A stretch of 64,000 bases of DNA, taken from the NCBI GenBank assembly GCA_963783305.1, contig CAWAMW010000007.1, positions 544,001 through 608,000 of the forward strand, read 5' to 3'. Below are positions 30,163 through 39,442 of this stretch, one piece after another (the stretch's first letter is position 1; each line of letters starts with the position of its first letter). A program made the translations under genes and the position numbers. The notes under the pieces were generated by a model. That model was not told the DNA's origin. It saw only the letters and a program-made list of their open reading frames with translations, and made no database searches. The stretch comes from an uncultured Gemmatimonadales bacterium (lineage in GTDB: Bacteria > Gemmatimonadota > Gemmatimonadetes > Longimicrobiales > RSA9).

Positions 30163-31112
30163 CGGCTGCAAGCGAGGAAAGTCCGGCAGCTACAGAGCGG
30201 ACCTCGGCACCCCTCCACTTCGGGCAGGGTCTCCTCATGGGCGGGGCAGACATCATCCCGGGCGTGAGCGGCGGCACGATGGCGCTCATCGTGGGGATCT
30301 ACGCCCGACTGATCGACTCGCTGAGCAGTGCGTTCTCAATGCTGCTCTCCGGGGCTCGCCTGCGGGGAGGTGAAGCGGCGCGGCACGGGCGGGCCGTGGA
30401 ATGGGGGCTCGTGCTTCCGCTGCTGGCAGGGATCGTCACGGCCATCGGCACCGCCTCCTTCTTCCTGCCCCACCTGCTGGAGACCTATCCGCACCAGATG
30501 CGGGGCCTGTTCCTGGGGCTGGTCGCGGCCTCCATCGCGGTGCCCTGGCTCCGGATCGGGCGCATGACGTGGCGGCTCCTGCTCATCGCGCTGGTGGCCG
30601 CCGTGGCGGCCTTCGTGCTCGTGGGTCTGCCCCTTCTGGCAGAGGAGCCGGAACCGGCAATGATCCGGGTGTTCGCCTCCGCGAGCGTCGCCATCTGCGC
30701 CATGATCCTGCCCGGCGTGAGCGGGGCCTTTCTGCTGGAAGTCCTGGGCATCTACCACCCGACCGTAGAGGCGCTCCGCGCCGCCATCGGGCTGGACCTC
30801 GGCGCCATGGGCTATGTAGTCGTGTTCATCCTCGGCGCCACGATCGGGCTCGGGCTCTTCTCGAAAACGCTGGACTGGCTGCTGGACCACTACCACGACC
30901 GGACGATGGCGGCCCTCGTAGGACTCATGGCGGGCTCACTCCGTGCGCTCTGGCCGTGGCAGCCGTGGGACTCGCCGGATCGCGTCCTCCTCTGGCCGCA
31001 GCAGGGCGACCCGGTGATGTCCGTCCTGCTGCTGGCCGCGGCGGGCTTTGCGTTCGTCGCCGTTCTGACATGGTGGGGGTCCCGCCGGATCACGGACTCC
31101 TCACCGACCTGA
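30159..31112 (+). CDS. DUF368 membrane protein
   Basis: MGGADIIPGVSGGTMA and AMILPGVSG repeats, multiple TM segments. Confidence 0.88.
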   Translation: MTAASEESPAATERTSAPLHFGQGLLMGGADIIPGVSGGTMALIVGIYARLIDSLSSAFSMLLSGARLRGGEAARHGRAVEWGLVLPLLAGIVTAIGTASFFLPHLLETYPHQMRGLFLGLVAASIAVPWLRIGRMTWRLLLIALVAAVAAFVLVGLPLLAEEPEPAMIRVFASASVAICAMILPGVSGAFLLEVLGIYHPTVEALRAAIGLDLGAMGYVVVFILGATIGLGLFSKTLDWLLDHYHDRTMAALVGLMAGSLRALWPWQPWDSPDRVLLWPQQGDPVMSVLLLAAAGFAFVAVLTWWGSRRITDSSPT

Positions 31113-31226
31113 GCCCGCGACTCACCGAGCCCGCGGCGCCGGGTCCGCGCGGTGGCGCGGGACACGGCGCCGCCCTATCTTCTCGCCGTTTCCCCCATTG
31201 CCGTGTTCGCAACACAGGAGCCGTCG

Positions 31227-31952
31227 ATGACCGACGAAGCCCACGGGCAGAGCCACGACGATACGCCCACCCCGCCCGCGTCCACACGCTGGTCGGAGGA
31301 TCCCGTCCAGGACGACGAGAGCCTGGCGCCTCCGTTCGTGCCGGGGCGGAGCGCCGGCCCCACCGCCGGGGCGACGGCAGAGGATCGCGCACCCGCGCCA
31401 ACGACGCCGGCCGAGCCGGCCCCGGCCCCGGCCGAGGACGAGGACGAGGACGCGCTGTTCCCGTTCGAGACTTCCTTCGGTGCCGACGAAGAGCCGGAAA
31501 CAGTTCCGGAAGACGATTTCCCGTTCGACCAGTTCGACATCGACGGGGGGGCTGCACCCTCGACCGAGGAGGAGACAGGCTCGGGCTGGAGCCCCTCCAC
31601 CGACGTGGAATGGGAGCCGGAGCCCACGGGGGAACCGTTGGAGCCGGTGGAGGAGGCGAGCGAACCCGCCGAGATCCCGGAAGCGGAGCTGGTCCCGCTG
31701 GATGCGGTGTCGGAGCCGGTCGTCGATGTAGAGGTGGAGACCACGGCTGAGCAGGAGGACGTGTACGAAGCGGAGCCCGTCGGACCGGCCGCGGATAGCG
31801 GGGCGGAAGAGGTGGCGGGGCTCCTGGACCGGCTGGCCGGGCTGCTCCGCGAGGAGGGTGCCGAGGCGGTCCGTCGGGAGATGGAGTCATCGGATCGGCT
31901 GACGGCGCTTCTCAGCGGTCTGATCGCGGGGTATCTCTCCGGCCGGTCCTGA
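31227..31952 (+). CDS. Acidic Pro/Glu-rich hypothetical protein
   Basis: AGGAG upstream of ATG, low-complexity acidic body, helical C-terminus. Confidence 0.7.
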   Translation: MTDEAHGQSHDDTPTPPASTRWSEDPVQDDESLAPPFVPGRSAGPTAGATAEDRAPAPTTPAEPAPAPAEDEDEDALFPFETSFGADEEPETVPEDDFPFDQFDIDGGAAPSTEEETGSGWSPSTDVEWEPEPTGEPLEPVEEASEPAEIPEAELVPLDAVSEPVVDVEVETTAEQEDVYEAEPVGPAADSGAEEVAGLLDRLAGLLREEGAEAVRREMESSDRLTALLSGLIAGYLSGRS

Positions 31953-31961
31953 CGCCACCGC

Positions 31962-33083
31962 TCAGATCTTGATGACGATGTTCCTGCGGTAGAGGGGGAG
32001 CACCGCGAGCCAGATCAGCACGACCATCGAGACGGCGAAGAGGAGGGACCCGTTCAGCGGACCCGCCAGCGGCTCGAACACGCGTGCGTAGAGCCACCCG
32101 TAGCCCGTCACCGCCCCGCCGTCGCCTGTCGGCACGTGGATCAGACGGGTCAGGGTCCGGGCCAGCACTCCCGACAGGACGTACGCGAACAGGGGGTTGA
32201 GCCCGTACACCTGCAGTGGCTTGACCCATCCTCGCCAGCCGTTCACGTCGATCACCCAGATGAACCACGCGAGCGCCACGAACGCGATCCCGCCCGTGTA
32301 GAGCACGTACGAGCCGGTCCAGAGAGGCTTGTTGATCGGGAACAGCGGATTCCATGCGACGCCCGCCAGGATGAGCAGTGTACCCGTCAGCAACATGCGC
32401 AGGATGGCGTCCTCCCGCCGCGGGGATTCCGTGATCCACCGCCCGGCGATATAGCCCATCACGACTGTGACCACGGCCGGCAGCGTGCTCAACAAGCCTT
32501 CCGGATCGAAGGGGATCCCGAATCCGTGCCACACATGCGCTTCGCCGAAGATGGCGAGATCGACGCGCCGGACGACGTTGCTCTCGAGGGCATATGGCTC
32601 CGCGCCGCCGACCGCGAGCAGCAGGGCCCAGTACCCGAGCAGGATCGCGGCGGACGCGGCCACGACGTTCCGTGGCGAGAGCAGCAGGACGAGGAACGCG
32701 GCCAGTCCATAGGCGAGGGCGATGCGCTGGAGCACGCCCATGATCCGGAGGTCCCCGGGGAGATCGCGGCCGACGAACGGGTAGGCGCTCAGGAACAGCC
32801 CGACCAGGAAGATCAGCGCGACTCGCCGCACGATCTTGCGAGCGAGCGGCGGCGAGAGCCGGTGGTCGAACTTCCGGAACGAGAACCACATCGACGTGCC
32901 GACCACGAACAGGAAGAAGGGGAAGATGAGGTCGGTGGGGGTCGCGCCGTGCCACGCGGCGTGGCGGAGGGGAGCATAGATATGACCCCAGCTTCCGGGC
33001 ATGTTGACCAGGATCATGCCGGCGATGGTGGCGCCCCGGAAGGCGTCGAGGGCCAGCAGGCGTCGCTCGGGCGTGGTATCCAT
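31962..33083 (-). CDS. NagX / HGSNAT-like (DUF5009) membrane acyltransferase
   Basis: RLLALDAFRG, H..WHG.T.TDL.FP.FLF, GVLQRI, DPEG.LST, PINK.LWT.SY. Confidence 0.88.
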   Translation of the reverse strand: MDTTPERRLLALDAFRGATIAGMILVNMPGSWGHIYAPLRHAAWHGATPTDLIFPFFLFVVGTSMWFSFRKFDHRLSPPLARKIVRRVALIFLVGLFLSAYPFVGRDLPGDLRIMGVLQRIALAYGLAAFLVLLLSPRNVVAASAAILLGYWALLLAVGGAEPYALESNVVRRVDLAIFGEAHVWHGFGIPFDPEGLLSTLPAVVTVVMGYIAGRWITESPRREDAILRMLLTGTLLILAGVAWNPLFPINKPLWTGSYVLYTGGIAFVALAWFIWVIDVNGWRGWVKPLQVYGLNPLFAYVLSGVLARTLTRLIHVPTGDGGAVTGYGWLYARVFEPLAGPLNGSLLFAVSMVVLIWLAVLPLYRRNIVIKI

Positions 33084-33197
33084 GGGTTGGACTCGGTGGG
33101 CTCTCGGGTCGCGGCAATCTAGGTGCAGTGGAGATCAAATGCGAAGCGAACCGGGGCGGCGGTTTCCGTTCCTGGCTGCACCCGCTACCGTGTCCGC

Positions 33198-34106
33198 ATG
33201 ATCTCCTTTCCGATACCGTGGAAGCGGCCCACAGCCGTGGCGCGGCGACTCACCCTCACGGCGGCGCTCGTCGTCGCTGGCTGCGCCACACCGGCGGGGG
33301 AGCCGACGACGCCGACTCGCGGTGGAGCGGGCTCCACTGCCTCCGCCGCAGCCGCCGGGGTCCGCGTGCTGGTGTACAACATCCACGCGGGCAGGGACGC
33401 CGCCGGTGCAGAGAACCTGGAGAGGGTCGCGGCGCTGGTCCGTTCGAGCGGCGCGGATCTCGTGCTGCTGCAGGAGGTCGATCGCGGCACGCGGCGTTCC
33501 GGGGGCGTGGACCAGCTCGCGCAGCTGGAGCAGCGCACCGGCTTCCATGGAGCGTTCGGCCGCACGCTGGACTACCAGGGGGGCGGGTACGGGATCGCCG
33601 TATTGTCGCGCTGGCCCATCTCCGGCGACACGCTCCACCCGCTGGCGGTGGAGCCTGCGCAGGAGCGCGCTGGCGGCTCGTACGAGCCCCGCGGTGCGCT
33701 GGGCGTGAGGGTGGCGCCGGCCGTGGGCGGGTTCGGCGTCGTGAATACCCACCTGGACGCGTCCGGGGATGACCGTTACCGGCGACAGGAAGTCGTGGGA
33801 GTGCTCGCCGCCGCCGAGCGACTGCGCGGCGGGACGCCCTGGGTCGTCGTGGGCGGCGACTTCAACGCCGAGCCGGACACGCGGGTGGTCGAGCGCATGC
33901 GGGCGGGCGGCTGGACGGACGCATGGAGGGAGTGTGGAGATGGAGACGGTCTCACCTTTTCGACGGACGTACCCGTGAAGCGGATCGACTACCTGTTCCT
34001 GGCCCCGGGGCTGACGTGCGCGTCGGCGGAGGTCCTGGAGAGCGCGGCCTCCGACCACCGGCCGCTGCTTGTGGTGGTGACCGGACCAGCCGTGAGGGCG
34101 CCATGA
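33198..34106 (+). CDS. Endonuclease/exonuclease/phosphatase family lipoprotein
   Basis: VAGC lipobox, YNIH, LQEVD, THL, GDFN, RIDY, SDH. Confidence 0.88.
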   Translation: MISFPIPWKRPTAVARRLTLTAALVVAGCATPAGEPTTPTRGGAGSTASAAAAGVRVLVYNIHAGRDAAGAENLERVAALVRSSGADLVLLQEVDRGTRRSGGVDQLAQLEQRTGFHGAFGRTLDYQGGGYGIAVLSRWPISGDTLHPLAVEPAQERAGGSYEPRGALGVRVAPAVGGFGVVNTHLDASGDDRYRRQEVVGVLAAAERLRGGTPWVVVGGDFNAEPDTRVVERMRAGGWTDAWRECGDGDGLTFSTDVPVKRIDYLFLAPGLTCASAEVLESAASDHRPLLVVVTGPAVRAP

Positions 34107-35947
34107 TGACCCGCCTGCTCCTGTTCGGGCTGGTGATGGGGCTCGGGGCCTGCGCGGCCGGGGCGCGCCGGAGCGACGCGGACGGGAGCGGGCCGGGGCC
34201 GGAGCTCCGACCGGGCGCCCACACGCCCCTGCCGGCTTCGGCGCTGCGGTGGGTCGACGAGACGCTGTCGGCGATGACGCTACGGGAGAAGGCCGGGCAG
34301 CTCGTGATGCCGTGGGTCAGTGCGGAATACACCGCCGTGGACTCCCCGGAGTTCGACCGACTGCTGGAGTGGGTGGAAGCCCATGGCGTTGGCGGGCTGG
34401 TCCTGTCCGTGGGGCTCCCTCACAGCTACGCGGCCAAGCTGAACGAGCTCCAGCGGCGCGCCAGGGTGCCGCTCCTGGTCGCATCCGACATGGAGAACGG
34501 GCCGGGGATGCGGATGAGCGGCATCTACTCGCTCCCGCACCTGCTGCCGCAGGGAGGTGGCACGGCGTTCCCGCCCGTCATGGCCCTCGGCGCCGCGGAC
34601 TCGGAGGAGCTCGCGTACGAGCTCGGCCGGGTGCTGGGCCGGGAGGCCCGGGCGGTGGGGGTCCACATCACGTTCGGGCCGGTGCTGGACGTGAACTCCA
34701 ACCCGAGCAACCCGATCATCAACACCCGCTCGTTCGGGGAGGACCCCGAGCGGGTCTCGCGACTGGGGGTCGCGTACATCCGCGGCGCGCGGTCGGAGGG
34801 GTTGATGACCACGGCCAAGCACTTCCCGGGGCACGGCGACACGAGCGAAGACTCGCACATCGAGCTACCCGTCATCACCGCCGATCGCGCCCGCATGGAC
34901 ACCCTGGAGCTGCCCCCGTTCCGGGCCGCGATCGATGCGGGGGTCGACGCCGTGATGACGGCCCACATCGCGGTGCGGGGGGTGGAGGGCGCGGAGGCGC
35001 CGCCGGCCACGCTGTCGCCGTACTTCATGACCCGCGTGCTCCGGGAGGAGCTGGGCTTCGACGGTCTGCTGTTCACGGACGCGATGACCATGGGCGGCGT
35101 GGCCGACCAATTCGGTGGCGGTACCGAGGTGCTGGTCCGGGCGCTCGAGGCGGGCGCGGACGTGCTGCTCATGCCGCGGGACGTGGCGGAGGCGGTGTCG
35201 GCCGTGACGGCAGCCGTGGAGGCCGGGCGGCTCGAGGAGTCCCGGATCGACGCCTCGGTCCGCCGTATCCTCGAGGCCAAGGCCCGGGCCGGGCTTCACC
35301 GGCGTCGGCTCGTCTCGCTCGAGCTCGTTGACGAGGTGGTGGGCGTCCGAGCCCACACGGAGCTCGCCCGGACGGTTGCGGAGCGCTCGGTCACCCTGGC
35401 CCGGGACCGCGACCAGCTCGTGCCCCTGACCGGCGCCAGCCGCGTGCTCGTCCTCAACTACGCCGAGGCGAACGACCCGGTGGCGGGACGCACGTTCGTC
35501 CGCGCCCTCGCGGCTGCCGTGAGCGTGGACGCCGCCCGGGTGGACGCCCGCACCGACTCCGCCACGTGGACCGAGCTCCGGGCCCGCGCGGACTCGGCCG
35601 ATCTCGTCATAGCCGCCGCCCGAGTGACTCCACGCGAGTACAGCGGCACCGTGGAGGCCGAGGGCGGTTTCGCCGGCTTTGTCGAGTCGCTCGCACGGGC
35701 GGGCAAGCCGGTGATAGCCGTCTCCTTCGGGAGCCCGTACCTGCTCGATTCTTTCCCATCCGTCCCTGCGTACCTCCTCGCCTGGGGCGGAGTAGACGCG
35801 AGCCAGAAGGCGGCCGCGCGAGCGCTTCTGGGCGAGATCCCGATCCAGGGGCGGCTGCCGATCTCGCTCCCGCCCCACCACGAGGCCGGTACCGGGATCA
35901 TGCGACCCGGCCCACCGACCGCTCGCGGCTCGGACGCCCCGCGCTGA
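34103..35947 (+). CDS. nagZ: GH3 beta-N-acetylglucosaminidase (NagZ-type) lipoprotein
   Basis: LGAC lipobox, KHFPGHGDTSEDSH signature, FTDAMTM nucleophile, C-terminal GH3 domain. Confidence 0.88.
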   Translation: MMTRLLLFGLVMGLGACAAGARRSDADGSGPGPELRPGAHTPLPASALRWVDETLSAMTLREKAGQLVMPWVSAEYTAVDSPEFDRLLEWVEAHGVGGLVLSVGLPHSYAAKLNELQRRARVPLLVASDMENGPGMRMSGIYSLPHLLPQGGGTAFPPVMALGAADSEELAYELGRVLGREARAVGVHITFGPVLDVNSNPSNPIINTRSFGEDPERVSRLGVAYIRGARSEGLMTTAKHFPGHGDTSEDSHIELPVITADRARMDTLELPPFRAAIDAGVDAVMTAHIAVRGVEGAEAPPATLSPYFMTRVLREELGFDGLLFTDAMTMGGVADQFGGGTEVLVRALEAGADVLLMPRDVAEAVSAVTAAVEAGRLEESRIDASVRRILEAKARAGLHRRRLVSLELVDEVVGVRAHTELARTVAERSVTLARDRDQLVPLTGASRVLVLNYAEANDPVAGRTFVRALAAAVSVDAARVDARTDSATWTELRARADSADLVIAAARVTPREYSGTVEAEGGFAGFVESLARAGKPVIAVSFGSPYLLDSFPSVPAYLLAWGGVDASQKAAARALLGEIPIQGRLPISLPPHHEAGTGIMRPGPPTARGSDAPR

Positions 35948-35954
35948 GCGCCCC

Positions 35955-36890
35955 ATGACCCCGGAGCCGGGCGCCCGCTTCGTTATCGGGCTCGATGGAG
36001 GCGGTACGGCCACGCGCATGGCCGTGGCCGATACGGACGGGCGTGAGCTGATCCGCCGCCGCGGCGCGGCGGGGCTGGTGGACCCGCAGAGCCCCCAGGC
36101 GACCGCGACCACGCTGATCTCCCTGGTGCGCGACTGCGCGGCCGCGGCCGGGGTACCGCTCCCGGTTTCCGCCCTCTGTGCCGGGCTGGCCGGAGCCGGT
36201 GCGCGAGAGCCCAGGGAGCGCCTACGGGACGCGTTCGCATCGGCCGGACTGGCCGACCGGGTACTCGTGGTCCCGGACGGCGAGGTGGCGCTGGAGGGCG
36301 CGCTCGGCGGCACGTCCGGCGTGCTCCTGGTGGCCGGAACCGGGTCCGCGGCGTGGGGGAGGGGAGAGGACGGCCGGACCGCGCGCTGCGGCGGCTGGGG
36401 TATGGTCGCGGGCGACGAGGGGAGCGGCTACGCCATCGGACGCGACGCGCTCAGAGCGGCGCTGCAGTCGGCGGATGGCCGGCGTCCGTCAGGGGTTCTG
36501 CTGCCCGAGCTTCTGACGACTCTCGGACGCGAGGAGCCGGGCGATCTCGCGGCCTGGGCGGGCACGGCCACCAAGGGAGACGTGGCCGCCCTCTCGCCGC
36601 TCGTGATCCGGCTGGCCGAGGGCGGGGACCCGGCCTCCGATGAGATCGTGACCCGCGCGGCGGGGGAGCTTGCGTGCCACGTGGAGGCGCTCGTGGCACG
36701 GCTCGGGCCGTGGTCCCCGCCGGTGTGCGTCGTCTTCCACGGCGGCGCTGTGGGGGAGGAGGGGCTGGCGCGGCGAGTGGAGGCGCGGCTCCGATCCGGG
36801 CCGGTGGAGATCGACCGGCGAGAGGCCGCCGCGGACGCCGTAACGGGGGCGGTGCGGATGGCGCTCTCCCTCGGATCGTGTGGCGGTTGA
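35955..36890 (+). CDS. BadF/BadG/BcrA/BcrD-type N-acetylglucosamine (or MurNAc) kinase
   Basis: IGLDGGGT.T, GLAG, AGTGS, GGWG...GDEGSG..IG. Confidence 0.85.
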   Translation: MTPEPGARFVIGLDGGGTATRMAVADTDGRELIRRRGAAGLVDPQSPQATATTLISLVRDCAAAAGVPLPVSALCAGLAGAGAREPRERLRDAFASAGLADRVLVVPDGEVALEGALGGTSGVLLVAGTGSAAWGRGEDGRTARCGGWGMVAGDEGSGYAIGRDALRAALQSADGRRPSGVLLPELLTTLGREEPGDLAAWAGTATKGDVAALSPLVIRLAEGGDPASDEIVTRAAGELACHVEALVARLGPWSPPVCVVFHGGAVGEEGLARRVEARLRSGPVEIDRREAAADAVTGAVRMALSLGSCGG

Positions 36891-36951
36891 CCCCGGGCCC
36901 GAGTTGGCCCATTGTTCAGCACTCTGGCCCCCGGGCCGGTTTCCATCAGCA

Positions 36952-37025
36952 GGGCCCGTAGCTCAGGTGGATAGAGCATCGGTTTCCTAAACCGAGGGTC
37001 GCGCGTTCGAGTCGCGCCGGGCCCG
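36952..37025 (+). tRNA. tRNA-Arg (CCT)
   Basis: Acceptor stem GGGCCCG/CGGGCCC, D-arm TAGCTCAGGTGGATAGAGC, anticodon arm TCGGT-TTCCTAA-ACCGA, GTTCGAGTC. CCA is not encoded. Confidence 0.95.
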
Positions 37026-37030
37026 TTCTT

Positions 37031-37068
37031 GCGGCCGGCCTCGGTCCACAGAGGTCGGCCGCCTTCTT
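37031..37068 (+). terminator. Putative intrinsic terminator after the tRNA
   Basis: GCGGCCGGCCTC..GAGGTCGGCCGC stem followed by CTTCTT. Confidence 0.55.
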
Positions 37069-37113
37069 GACCGAGGGGAACAACACGACGTGCAGGGACG
37101 AAGCTCCATATCC

Positions 37114-37923
37114 ATGAGGTGGCTGCTGGCCGCAGCCACGGCCCTCCTGAGCGCGATCCTCACCGCCACACCGGCGGCGGCGCAGATCGACCTCCCCCGG
37201 CCCACGGGCTATATCAACGACTTCGCCAACGTCATTCCGGCCGAGCAGGAGGCCCGGATCCGACAGGTGATCGACGAGGTGCGGGCGAAGTCTGGCGGCG
37301 AGATCGTGGTCGTGACCATCCCGTCGCTGAACGGGCGCCCGATTACGGAATGGGGCCTGGAGATCGGCCGCGAGTGGCGGATCGGGGGGGAGGGGGAGGC
37401 GGGCGACCGGTTCCGGAACACCGGGCTGGTCTTCCTGGTGGCGCCGAAAGAGCGGGATCTCCGGATCGAGCTCGGTACGAACACGAATACGTTCATCACC
37501 GCTTCCGAGGCGGGGCGGATCCGGGATCGATACGTGATCCCGGCGTTCCGCGAGGGCGACTACGGCACCGGGATCTACAACGGTGTGGCCGCGCTGGCGC
37601 TGGAGTACGCGGATGAGTTCGGGTTCGAGTTGACGGGCGACTTCGCGCCGGCGGAGCCACAGGGCCGGGGAGATGGGGGCGGCGGCGTGGACTGGAGGAC
37701 CTACCTGTTCCTCTTCTTCATCCTGTTCATGGTCTTCGGCGGACGTGGACGCCGGCGCGGGTGCCTGCCTTTCTTCATCCCGATCCCCATGGGCGGCGGA
37801 GGGCATCACAGGGGCGGCTTCGGCGGCGGCGGGTTCGGCGGTGGCTTCGGCGGAGGGGGCGGGTTCGGCGGGTTCGGCGGAGGCGGTGGTTTCGGGGGCG
37901 GCGGTGTATCAGGGAGCTGGTGA
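37114..37923 (+). CDS. TPM-domain (YgcG-like) membrane protein
   Basis: GYINDFA, VVVTIPSL, W.IG, ER..RIE.G, TM helix, Gly/Phe-rich tail ending SGSW. Confidence 0.9.
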   Translation: MRWLLAAATALLSAILTATPAAAQIDLPRPTGYINDFANVIPAEQEARIRQVIDEVRAKSGGEIVVVTIPSLNGRPITEWGLEIGREWRIGGEGEAGDRFRNTGLVFLVAPKERDLRIELGTNTNTFITASEAGRIRDRYVIPAFREGDYGTGIYNGVAALALEYADEFGFELTGDFAPAEPQGRGDGGGGVDWRTYLFLFFILFMVFGGRGRRRGCLPFFIPIPMGGGGHHRGGFGGGGFGGGFGGGGGFGGFGGGGGFGGGGVSGSW

Positions 37924-37924
37924 C

Positions 37925-38656
37925 ATGAGCGACACGAGAAAAGCGGCGGAGAGCTACGCGACGGAGCTGTCGAACGCGCTGGGAGATCGGCTTCGGAGCG
38001 TCGTGCTGCACGGGTCGGTGGCGCGGGGAGAGCCGGTGAAGGGGGTGAGCGACGTGAACCTGCTCGTCCTCCTGGACCGCATCGATCCGCCGCTCCTGCG
38101 GGAGCTGGCGCCGCACGCGCGGCGGTGGCTCGAGAAGCAGCGCGCCCTCCCGCTCGTGCTGACCTGGGACGAATGGGCGGCGGCCAGCGACGCGTTCGCC
38201 ATCGAGACCTCCGACATGCTGGACGCGCACGAGGTGCTGCACGGCTCCGACCCGCTGCTCGACACCACCGTGGAGCCGCGCCACCTGCGGATCCAGGCGG
38301 AGCGCGAGCTGCGCGGCAAGCTGATCCACCTCCGGCAGGGAACGCTCGCCGCGGCCGACCGTCCCCGGGAGCTGGGCCGGCTGCTGCTCGCCGCGCTCCC
38401 GAGCGTCGCCACATACCTTCGCGCTGCGCTCCGGCTCGCAGGCGAGCAGGTGACGGGCGAGGAAACGCCCGCCGTCTTCTCTCGCGGCTCGCGCCTGGTG
38501 GGCACCGATGAGACGCGCCTGCTCGAGCTGTGGGATCTGAGGAGCAGGCAGAAGGAGCCGGAGGCCGGCGTGGAGGACCCGCGGGTCGCCGCCGTTCACG
38601 CTGTTCTGGAGCATACCGTGGAGTACGTTGACACCCTGTCCGGAGGAAGTACATGA
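37925..38656 (+). CDS. Pol-beta-fold nucleotidyltransferase-like protein
   Basis: SVVLHGS.ARG......SDVNLLV, F.IE..D, LHG.DP, helical C-domain. Confidence 0.75.
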   Translation: MSDTRKAAESYATELSNALGDRLRSVVLHGSVARGEPVKGVSDVNLLVLLDRIDPPLLRELAPHARRWLEKQRALPLVLTWDEWAAASDAFAIETSDMLDAHEVLHGSDPLLDTTVEPRHLRIQAERELRGKLIHLRQGTLAAADRPRELGRLLLAALPSVATYLRAALRLAGEQVTGEETPAVFSRGSRLVGTDETRLLELWDLRSRQKEPEAGVEDPRVAAVHAVLEHTVEYVDTLSGGST

Positions 38657-39255
38657 AGCGCGCCCTCATCACGCTGCTGGTCCTTTCCGTCCCCCTCTCC
38701 GGGTGTGGCTACAATCGCATCCAGGAGATGGACGAGAACGTGGAGGCCCGACGGGCCGACATCGAGGCGGAGCTGCTCCGCCGCAACGACCTGATCCCGA
38801 ACCTCGTGGCCACCGTGGAGGAGGCCGCGCGCTTCGAGGAGGAGACCTTCACCCGCGTCGCCGAGGCGCGTTCGGGGCTGACCCAGTCGCGGGAGCAGCT
38901 GGCGCAGGCCGTGCAGAGCGGCACCGACAGCGGCGAACTCTCGCGCGCAGCCTCGAACGTCGGTGAGAACCTGCGGCTGTTCCTGAACGTGGCCGTGGAG
39001 GCCTACCCACAGCTGACGGCGAACCGAAGCTTCATCGCGCTCCAGGACGAGCTGACGGAGACCGAGAATCGGATCAGCGTGGCCCGGCGCGATTTCAACG
39101 AGTCGGTGCAGCAGTACAACAGCTACGTCCGGCGCTTCCCGCAGGCGATCACGGCCCGTGTGATCGGGGCCGAGCGCAAGGACACGTTCGAGGCGCCCGA
39201 GAGCGCCAGGGCGGCTCCGCAGGTGGAGTTCGGCGAGGGCGACGCGGGCCGCTGA
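38653..39255 (+). CDS. LemA family protein
   Basis: GCGYN, RR.DLIPNLV, EAYPQL.AN..F..LQ.EL..TENRI, FP. Confidence 0.93.
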   Translation: MKRALITLLVLSVPLSGCGYNRIQEMDENVEARRADIEAELLRRNDLIPNLVATVEEAARFEEETFTRVAEARSGLTQSREQLAQAVQSGTDSGELSRAASNVGENLRLFLNVAVEAYPQLTANRSFIALQDELTETENRISVARRDFNESVQQYNSYVRRFPQAITARVIGAERKDTFEAPESARAAPQVEFGEGDAGR

Positions 39256-39442
39256 GGGATTCGCCCCACACGAGACCGCTTCCTGTCGGCGAATTCCCCA
39301 CAGGCGGGTGCGGGATTCCTTACGGCCGAATACCAAGGTTCTCCGCCCGGTGCCGAGGGGTTTGCCGGGATTGTACCCCCTATGGCATGCCCTTATCTTC
39401 GGTCTCCATAGTGAAATGCGACGAGGCCGGGAGGCGCCGCCT

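Noticed and set aside
29514..31112. 532-aa ORF as a genuine fusion protein
   Set aside because: Its middle is an alternative frame of pcm. Best explained by a 1-nt insertion, and DUF368 has its own GTG at 30159.
37793..37905. GGC/TTC-rich repeats as a CRISPR or DNA repeat element
   Set aside because: They encode the Gly/Phe tail typical of TPM proteins and have no repeat-spacer structure.
37925..38656. NTase as MNT antitoxin or CBASS cyclase
   Set aside because: No HEPN or effector gene is adjacent, the motif is DxN, and the context is LemA/TPM.
36952..39300. tRNA-Arg as an integration site for a genomic island
   Set aside because: No integrase, no duplicated tRNA 3' end seen, and downstream genes have host-like composition.
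39383..39398. TGGCATGCCCTTATC as a sigma54 promoter for ccm
   Set aside because: The -12 element lacks the conserved GC.
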